From NCBI GenBank assembly GCA_965285935.1, contig OZ260662.1, positions 93,868,001 through 93,932,000 of the forward strand: 64,000 bases of DNA, in the 5' to 3' direction. The position numbers and the translations under genes are program-made. Position 1 is the stretch's first letter; each line of letters begins with the position of its first letter. The notes below the pieces were generated by a model. The model ran no database searches, was not told the DNA's origin, and saw only the letters and a list, made by a program, of their open reading frames with translations. Shown here in pieces: positions 55,301 through 64,000 of the stretch. The stretch comes from Ophelia neglecta (Eukaryota).

Positions 55301-56458
55301 AGGAGGACCATAAGCCAAAAGGATTGCTGGTAACAAAGCCATCAAATCCCGACAAAGTACGGTTGCTACAAAAGTGAGAATCCTGGTTGGAAGGAGGACG
55401 AATATACGTCATACATCTAACCCTGGAGTCTCCTTGTCTTGAGAGCAGTGTAATTTGCTATACTTGTGCTACAAATGCTATTATATTAACCTTCAATTCT
55501 GGAATTACTTGTTTGTCATGAACCTTGTTGTCTTCATAGCTGAGGTATATCATACGAGGTAGATGTACATTCGTTCATTTGACTCGTAGAAAACAATCAA
55601 GGAGAAGACTAAGCGTGCTGATCAAACGTTGGAATCTAGTCATATATAGATACAGTCCCAATAAGGTTTGAGTTCATATGGACAGTTCTTCACAACTTAA
55701 TGATTTTTGATAGTTTAAGTACTGGTTTTCAGTTTGTCGACAGTATAAACATTGTGTTGTTTGACCTGGATATGAATTAATCTCATTTTCTTTTCTAAAC
55801 GTATGGCTATAGGACCAGTGGTCAATATACAGAACATACTATATTATGCTTAAACGGTGGAGTAGGTGACAGCCAAATGATATTCTATATGTCAGCTTTA
55901 TTATATTCTGTTGGTGTGGCGTAACGAGTGGGTTCCGTTCCGTAATTGGCAGGAAAGCATGGAATGGAAACAAAATGAGGTGGCCTCTCGAAAACATCGA
56001 CCACGGACCATCACCCAGGCCCCGAGGAGATGACAGTAGTGATATAATGCCTCCGAACTCGGTCAAAACTCTTTCGCTTGTCCCCTGTATGACATGTAAT
56101 TATTTCATGCCCCACTCGGCCTATTCTGTAGGGGATTATATGTATCTCTGTAGACCACATTTCGCTAATCATGTGCATATTTATAGTAAAAAACATTTCC
56201 ACATTTGATTTATACTTATTTACTTTTGATAAGTCATTTCAATATCATTGTACTTTGTGCTGACAATGCAACAACTGTTGTTCTTAAATGTCAGATTCAC
56301 CTTACAGAAGAAATTTCCGTTCCTTCAACCCGGCATTGCATTAGGCAATATCTATTCTGTAAGGTCAATATTTACGAGAGTTATCGACAATAAAGGTTTG
56401 CTGATGGGAGCCCGTATTGTAATTATCCTGTCTCACACTTGTCCTTTTCCTCCCGCAG

Positions 56459-57581
56459 ACGACTCCGAGTTAACCTTTGACCGGGCAGGCCAGTCGCCTG
56501 AAGAACGCCAATAACCAAGGAAGGAGACTTGTGAGACGCGCAATTTGAGCATCGATCCCTCGCCTTGACTCGTCGCTCTCCGAGAAGTCTCGCCACCAAG
56601 CTCCGCACTGCGTTCAGACAGCGACAGAGAGCAGACCCAGGGATTGGCAGTAACCGTGCTCCCAGACTCTCCTACATTCCAACAACCAAAAGAGTGCTTA
56701 GGACTACGAGCTATCTGAATTATCACTGAACCAAGCTACACAGAGACGCTTTTATTAGTACGCGTGGATATCTTAAAGATAATCCAGGATTTCAGCCTTG
56801 TCGTATTCCTGCGCCATTTGTGTCGTGTAGACATCAAGTTAGACGTAAGAAGTGAACAGCGAAAATTGTGCAAATCACATTGAGTGGAAAGCTCAGTAGG
56901 CCTGTTTACTAAAGTACGTGTCTGAGTGTATTTTGTCGGATCTAATCGTGTGTGTATAAAACTTGACAGGTTTTCTTAGAATTGCGATTATACAAACACT
57001 CTCAAAACCACTTTGCGTCGCACCGCATTGTGGGATTTTTCGTTAAACGTGAGACAGAGGACACGCGTGTTGCCAAGGTTGATCTGACATAAGGATACTT
57101 CGCACTGATAATCGGATATCACATTTCTCCAGCGTTTCGATCATACAGTAAATTTTGTGCGGTGCTGCATCTAATATATGCGCATTGATTTTCTCGCTGT
57201 GTCATTTTCCGGCATCCATCGTGTGCACTATTCAGTCCTAGTGGTCGTCTGGCTCTGCCACCGAATCCACACCTGTGTGCGCTGTTAACCGACAAGCGAG
57301 CGATAGGCGCATATGTTCCGTACATATCATCGACCAATTAACTCGGATCGTCTGCTATTAATTATTCCCGGAATATAACCCTGTAGATTGAGGACACAAG
57401 ATCAGAGAAAAAGGCGCTACCCACATTGGATAATTTGGACTCGAAATTGCCGCATAAATTACGTCCATTTGCATTTCTCCCGTTCTGTAGCTGCGGTTGG
57501 CTTGTTGACAACGCCTGGTGTTTTGTCTTTCAATAAGATATCGGATTACGGATATAACTCGACTGGATTATCTTGCCAAAG
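56459..57581 (+). other. Putative long 5'-UTR exon (leader) with two uORFs
   Basis: Acceptor tctcac..cttgtccttttcctcccgcAG| at 56458. There is no + strand ATG from 56407 to 57177, and only two (57178, 57313) before the main ATG. The segment is CpG-rich relative to its flanks. Confidence 0.6.
57025..57036. promoter_or_regulatory. ZNF143/Staf-like core motif
   Basis: gcattgtgggat matches the GCATTNTGGGA core. TATAAAA lies nearby at ~56955. Motif match only. Confidence 0.3.
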
Positions 57582-57630
57582 ATGAAGGGTCTATTTATCT
57601 GTCTAGTAGTCTACGCGGCACTCCACTGTG
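57582..57630 (+). CDS. First coding exon encoding a signal peptide (MKGLFICLVVYAALHC+G) of an unidentified secreted or membrane protein
   Basis: The context is gccaaagATG with A at -3, and an in-frame TAA lies 27 nt upstream. A basic residue at position 2 precedes a hydrophobic core. The exon ends at TG|GTAAGT, a phase-1 donor typical of signal-peptide exons. Confidence 0.65.
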
Positions 57631-58194
57631 GTAAGTGATCCAACCCTTTCTTCCTATTCTTCACATCATCACCCTGTTAGGTGCGCGGTATCTACAAATC
57701 TAGAGGCATTAATCATTAAAAACCCGGGCCTGATTATAAACTATTTTGCGGAAACAGCGGCACTTCCGCCATATCGTAATACCCCGCCATCATGACATTT
57801 GGTGGTCATTCATTGCAGTGAGTTACCGAGAGTCCAGGAAACTCTGGACGGTTAAATAAACCTGCCGGTAATCCCTCACCCTTTTATACGAGAAATGATA
57901 AATAAAACGTGATGCCTCAGAGAGCTAGATAAACACTCCGCCGGTGTATTGTTCTCCCCTCCAAAGCTAGGGATCAGACGGGCAGCTGGCGGGCACCCTT
58001 TAGATATCCAAGCTCATAAATACGGATCAGACTCAATTATTTTATTCAGAATGTACATCAAATTATTAAAGCATATAGCTATAATTGCCAAGCATTTATT
58101 TATAACAAACTGGAATGTGCAACTACCACCCTTTGTTTACAACAGGTACCTACTTGAATGAATGCCAAAGATTTGCTCCTGAGCTCTTTTTTTT

Positions 58195-58322
58195 TCAAAC
58201 AGAAATTAATGTTTTGTATTCGGATAAACAGCTGCCAGGTCACCACTGGGGTGTTCCTCATGGCTCAGTGTTGGGATCAATGATGTTTACAATGTACACG
58301 TTGCAGCGTGAAGATATTATTA
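58195..58322 (+). mobile_element. L2/CR1-type RT fragment (intronic)
   Basis: GVPHGSVLGSMMFTMYTLQREDII, cf. GVPQGSVLGPLLFTLYT.PL.DII. Confidence 0.8.
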
Positions 58323-59639
58323 TACTTTATAATTCGGGTTATCAATTGTCTTATTATTATATTCATTGCAAATGCTGTATTTCACCGATAAATTATCCAT
58401 TCACAGCAGTTGGCGTCAACTAAAATCAAGTTCTTTCACAGGAAGTACATTGTTTCCCATATTAAACACCAAATAATAATGGATAGCCAGTAATTTCGGA
58501 TATTAAAACAGAAACTTATCCATCCTTCTTCTTTCGTTTGACAATTGGCATATTATGTCTGATCCTTGGGTGACTCAACCGTATATGTCTCAAGGGCATA
58601 AATAAAACTCGTTAAAACATTCTCACTTGTCTTGATTCCATCTACGGAAGGTGCATGCTCCTACTAGAGAATTATTATTGCATGCGCTGGAAAATGCTCA
58701 ATAACACTCAATATCAGGTCTGTACATTGTAAATGTACTGGTACCATTTTAACTGATGTAGCACGAAGCTTACGAGTACACTGTTGGCCAGACTACCTAC
58801 TGACCTGACATCGGCAAGGTCAGAACTCTGGGACCCAAATGATTGTTAGAACCGGAAGTGTGCACATATTACTCCATTACTACGGGAGCAGCATATTGAT
58901 GGGCTGCCCCTAAATGGAAGCATTGTGTTAAAGGTTTGTCTGATGACATATTAAAACACCACGCAGCCCATCGAATATATGTGACATGATTTCCCCGTTT
59001 GTACCATCTAGGCCTTGAGCAGCCGGTAAAAACTTGTTGGTAGAACCAAGGCAAAGAAAAAAACATTTTTGTGGTCATAAATTTTCTAAATAGTTTGCCA
59101 GTGAAATTAAGATCTGGTAAAACCATTGCATTTTTTTCTAAGCTGTTTGAAAACCTATAGTCACTTGATTATGTCAGCAAATTAATTCTTTCATAGAGCA
59201 GTGTGATTATTTTCTATACATTCAAATTAATTCTAGAATACTCTTACATTAATAGTATTGCAGAATCTTAACTTCTTGATTAAACTGTACATCTTATTTG
59301 CATCTAAGCTGGATTGCACATTAGTTATCCAATATCAAGACACATTTTGTCTTGTTGGTATTATTATGGGAAAAAATCTCCGGACAATACATTACATCAT
59401 GAGAAAACTTTTATTTGAATCTGGTGAAAAGAAACTATTTACAAAGGCAAATCAAGCCTTGTTGATATACGCGTGAATTATTTTCTTCGAGAAAACATCG
59501 CTATAAATACCATCATATAGTATAAACAGCTGTGGTCCATGTCACATGTTACAATTGCATATATATTTTTCTCACTGGAATGTATTCAGCTGATTTGCCT
59601 TTAACTGGAGCATAGCTAGGACGCGTTGATGTACTTCTA

Positions 59640-60662
59640 CAGATAGGTTACTTTTTAGGAATTTTGCCAATTAGGGCCAAAGTAGATTTTCGCATGTTAT
59701 CGTTTTGGGCAGCGATGGTTGATTGCAATAGGACAAATCATAAACTATCAAAATGGTGTTGGAACAACTTGAAGCGTGAAGAGTATTTATCATGGGCTTC
59801 CCATCTTCATGGCCTATTTAATGTGTCAACAAGGGTGATTTGTTTGTTAACTACGGACCCATGTCCTAAAAACCATTTATGTATATGACCATGTCTGATT
59901 TCTCCAATTTTAACTTGATCAAACAGAGAGTTATGGATAGTAGTAAAACTACTTTGTTCAGATACTTGAGTATCTGTAATACTTATGAATGCCATGCTAA
60001 GTATATCGATATTTTGGTAAGCAGAAATTTGCTTTTCATGATTCGCTTTAGACCACGTAACCATCTCCTCGCTGTACAGGTAGGAGATTGCTATGATACA
60101 CTATATAATCAGCGGACGTGTTTTACCTGTAGTAAAATAGAAACTGAGGAGCACTTTATGTTGGAGTGTGTCCGATATAATCAACTTAGGGACAAACTGT
60201 TGAAAGTTGGTTATATACGCCCGGAAGACATGAAAATTAAATTAGTAAACATGTTTAATTCACAGGACAAGAAAACACTTGAAAGTTAATGTATCTATAT
60301 AAATCCCACGCTATTATAGAACTAGCCCTAGTATGTTAAAATTTGTAAACCTACTTAATTGTAACAATAGAAAGAAATTGAATAATCTGGCAATTTTTAT
60401 CCAAAAACCCTTGCCGTACATAAACTTAATCATAATTCTTAAGTGTAAGATATTGGAGGCGTATATGCTGATGAGAGTACAGTGTTATTTATTTGAATTA
60501 TGCTTTGAAGCTGTCTAATGTATTGTGAACACCTCGAGTATTTATTCATTATGTTTATTTATTTGTATTCTTTTCTCCCGATGCCATAATGTATCTGTTC
60601 TATAACTGTCCAATATACAAGTCTATGATGACTTCATTGAATAAATACATTTTATTATTATA
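59640..60662 (+). mobile_element. LINE ORF2 3' end with CCHC zinc knuckle, 3' UTR and AATAAA/(TTA) tail
   Basis: LPIRAKVDFRMLSFW, RFRPRNHLLAVQVG (cf. R.R..NH.L.IE.GR), then CFTCSKIETEEHFMLECVRYNQLR. It ends in aataaatacattttattattat. Confidence 0.85.
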
Positions 60663-61436
60663 AAGGAAGCACTGTATATTCACGTAGACTATGCTTCGTA
60701 TTTTGTAATTCTGTACATCGGTACCATTTAGGCATTATATTTTAATAGGCTACATAACGGTGTGAAAAACGCGAACCATTGTATTTACAGTGTTTGTAAA
60801 TCAACTGTAAACTGTAACTATAAACGGTATTTGTTTCAAACACAGCAGATTTTGGACTACAGGCAAAATAATCATTCCCGCATTTCAGTTTGTACCTGTT
60901 ATTTCAATCAAGCCATTAGCCGTCTGCCCCAGAAAACTAAGAGCATTATCAAAAAAAAAGTCCATGCGGTGAATGCATTCACCTCATAATATAGCATTAT
61001 GCCTTGCGAACTTGACGCTCTTATCGGAAGCCTTACACAGACGCCAAGAACTAAAATAAATGAGAAACAAACGATCAATGTATATAGTATGCCGCCCAGC
61101 TCGTGCGGCTTCGACTTCTCTTCAAATTGCCTGCCAACGTAATAAGTTACCCTCCTTTATAATATTATGTTTTAGGCTGAGTTCGCGGTAGATTTTATTT
61201 GTTATAATAGTAGAACAGAGCTGTACCATAAACTGCTCCTAAATATAATTATGTCGCTCAATTGCAGAGCGTGCTGGCGCCGGGTGACGACAAACACGAC
61301 TTGCCCGATAGGAGCGCGCATTAATCATCGAGCGTGATGCTTCATCCTGTCCTCGTTCAGCAGCTCCCCCTCGCAAATAACATCAAATGTTTATCTCTTA
61401 ACACAGCGATGATGGCGTCTGCCAACAATTGTTGAA

Positions 61437-61578
61437 NNNNNNNNNNNNNNNNNNNNNNNNNNNNNNNNNNNNNNNNNNNNNNNNNNNNNNNNNNNNNNNN
61501 NNNNNNNNNNNNNNNNNNNNNNNNNNNNNNNNNNNNNNNNNNNNNNNNNNNNNNNNNNNNNNNNNNNNNNNNNNNNNN
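61437..61578. other. Assembly gap (142 N)
   Basis: Run of n characters. Confidence 1.
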
Positions 61579-61858
61579 GCCAAACCAAAGAGAGGCCATA
61601 TAATTAACTATTGAGCGTAGCTATGTATGTAAAATGTGAAAGTGCATGTGAAACATGTGAAGTTTTATTTGCATTTAAATGCATGTATACTTTTATGTAA
61701 TCGATGATTCAATATTTCACCCAGTACAAGTCGGTACTCACTGTCGTTGCTATATGAATAAATGAAACAACGCTTACGGGGATGGGAAAAGCCCCCCTCC
61801 CCCCATGCACCCGCCCTTCCTGGCAAGAGCACTTATCTCTAAACGAAGATTCGTACCT

Positions 61859-61886
61859 CCCTCTCTATTTCTCTCTCTCTCTCTCT
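61859..61886. repeat. Imperfect (CT)n tract
   Basis: Direct read. Confidence 0.85.
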
Positions 61887-64000
61887 GGGGCGCGCGTATA
61901 AATAGTATAATAACCAGTTAGGAAACAAATGTGGCTGTAACATATAATCCCTTGATTTCCCTGTCTGCTACCTGTCTATCTACCGGTGGCATATGTGACA
62001 TGCATCCAAATCAGATGTCAGAGCCCATCAGAGGAGAACTTGTGTACTGAATGCAATTTACATGGTAGTATTTAATGTAGCACTTTTATCACGCGTGTAT
62101 GGCCGGAAAATATACATATAGCTTATAATATAGACTAGTGCCCTAGAACTATTCCGCTTAAAATACACATACGTGCGTTGGTCGGCCTCATTAGCAAAGT
62201 ACAGCGACAATAAGAGACTTTATAAAATTGGATCCTTTGTACAGTGAAGCCTCAATAGAACTCCTTGTGATCTTCAAAGAGCTCTCGAGCGAGCATTTGT
62301 CCTCGACCGCTACAGGCCTCGGCGATCGACCTTATATCTACATTTAAATGCTGCTACCAGCAGTGTTTATTTAATCAAGTGTACTGACCTCACGCTTTGA
62401 AAGGGAACCAAGCAGGGACCCTATGCCACTGTACCTAGAATATGTAATAACCTAATCTCAAGAGGGCCCGCAGGGCCGAACTTTCAATTACTGGCTTAAG
62501 TGAAGTGAAAGGCGGCTACTGTGATGTTCGGACCTGGTCATTAAGTCCTGTGTGGCAGACGACAGCCCCTGGCGGCTTCATTGTTGTATTGTAGATAGCT
62601 TTATGACTGACAATCATACTACTTGACTTGCCGTACATGGGTTCGTACTGAATGTGGCTCTGTGAATGTACCCAGTACAATTTGAGATCGGAAAAGTAAC
62701 TAATTTTTCCGCTGTATTATGGACACTGCATGGTTCTTTGAACCAACAGAATAAGTTTGAATGAAAAAGAATTGTGATAAATGACTATACAGTTATTACT
62801 CAGTAATGTCATTATTATTGAGTAATTAGATATCAAGTTTAGTTTGATCGGTCTACAGATCAATATTGACACGTATCATTTTAGATACTTTTTCCACATC
62901 TGTGCCAGGGTATCGCAGTACACGACTGCTCCGAACCCAGCATCCGTTACTCATCCATGATTGAACAATGAGGCCCTGTCAGTCTGTTGGAGTGGTTCAG
63001 AGGCAAATCTCAATTATTGAATCTGTTTGCATTAACGCAGCTAGCTTTTGCCATAAACCAACGAAATATGATTACCAATCGAAATTTAACATGTTGAAAG
63101 AAAATCTCCCGCACGACATTTGCCCGTCAGCGATCGAGAGAATTTCATTTAATTAAGCATGCATGCATGCACATTACTTAAGGAGATTTTTACTCTTGAG
63201 CATTTATTTGACAGGAGCCCTCTTAAGTACTTCCTGACAACCACTGACACCCAAATATATATATATACTTTGTTCCTATCATTAAAGAGCGACCATTTTA
63301 TATATGCATGTGAGCAATTTCTTGTCTGCAGGCTTCACTAGTAAATATGTCTCGAGTCAATTTCTCCTTAAGCTCCGAGTTAAGTCTCGAATGGACAGTA
63401 TAGATGTTTAGAATGGATGGCCACAGATTTCTGTACCTTAAATAAGTCAGTTACTTGCTATTCTGTAGAGCTCCAATTTTGTAGTTACATCTCCTTAAAC
63501 AGTAACATTAACTGGGGTCTTAAGACACCTTTGACATCTAACACTAAAGCCCTGTTCGGGTATTTTGAGGACATAATGGGTTTAACGAAGATGAAGTGGC
63601 TGGTCTTACACAAAGACCGTATTCATTCTAACATCACGCACATTTTGATAACTAAGCCCGGTCTGTGCAAATGATAACCCGAGTGACCTAATACTCACAA
63701 GACATCCCCTAGGATTGTGTTAATGCACTCAACAGAAATCGTTACGGTAAATTAGGTCACGCCAGCAAAACGTACACAGTGCCTTTATATTACACAAGGG
63801 CATTTTGTTAATTCTTGCTAAAAAGTATGTATACATGTATAAATGAACTCCTAGGACTGGCTGGATGTGGACGCTTAAAATGGTCATGTAGTTAATGGGG
63901 GAAATATGTATTAAGTGGGAGTAGAACACGTCAAAACCCCTTAACCGGCTATGGCATCAGAGCCAATGTGCCTGCTTGTCAATGAGCAATACAGGAGCAA

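Noticed and set aside
56459-56514. Reading 56459 onward as the terminal coding exon + 3' UTR of an upstream gene
   Set aside because: Disfavoured, not excluded. There is no AATAAA before 57582, and ATG depletion with CpG richness fits a 5' leader better than a 3' UTR.
57377-57395. accctgtagat resembling miR-10
   Set aside because: Only 11 nt match, the 3' half differs, and there is no hairpin partner.
60958-60983. gcggtgaatgc resembling miR-124, within the palindrome ggtgaatgcattcacc
   Set aside because: The seed region does not match and there is no precursor stem.
61357-61614. ORFs containing long X runs
   Set aside because: They are artefacts of translating across the N gap.
63332-63411. 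Acceptor tttcttgtctgcAG as exon 2 of the signal-peptide gene
   Set aside because: The phase-1 frame stops after ~26 codons with no donor, and it lies among ttaaggag/ctccttaa motifs that suggest a decayed MITE.

Overview
This is AT-rich eukaryotic genomic DNA, most likely from a marine invertebrate judging by its repeat families. It is not prokaryotic: there are no operons, CRISPR arrays, rRNA or tRNA genes, and no intact long ORF. The window is mostly intergenic or intronic and carries many old transposon relics. These include CR1/L2-type LINE pieces (a decayed ORF1 + endonuclease at ~0.9-2.8 kb, RT fragments at ~26.1, ~35 and ~58.2 kb, and a chimeric LINE 3' end at ~59.6-60.7 kb), tRNA-derived CORE-type SINEs, Tc1/pogo-like and Harbinger-like MITEs, an unnamed dispersed repeat, microsatellites and a 142-nt assembly gap. 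The one convincing host-gene signal is on the + strand near 56.5-57.6 kb. A strong splice acceptor opens a ~1.1-kb CpG-rich leader that is depleted of ATG on the + strand only and holds two uORFs. It is followed by a 49-nt first coding exon for a signal peptide (MKGLFICLVVYAALHC) ending in a phase-1 GTAAGT donor. The rest of this secreted or membrane protein gene appears to lie beyond the window, so I cannot name it. All family assignments come from reading motifs by eye, not from database searches. I found no well-supported wholly new biological system; the leader architecture is the best lead.
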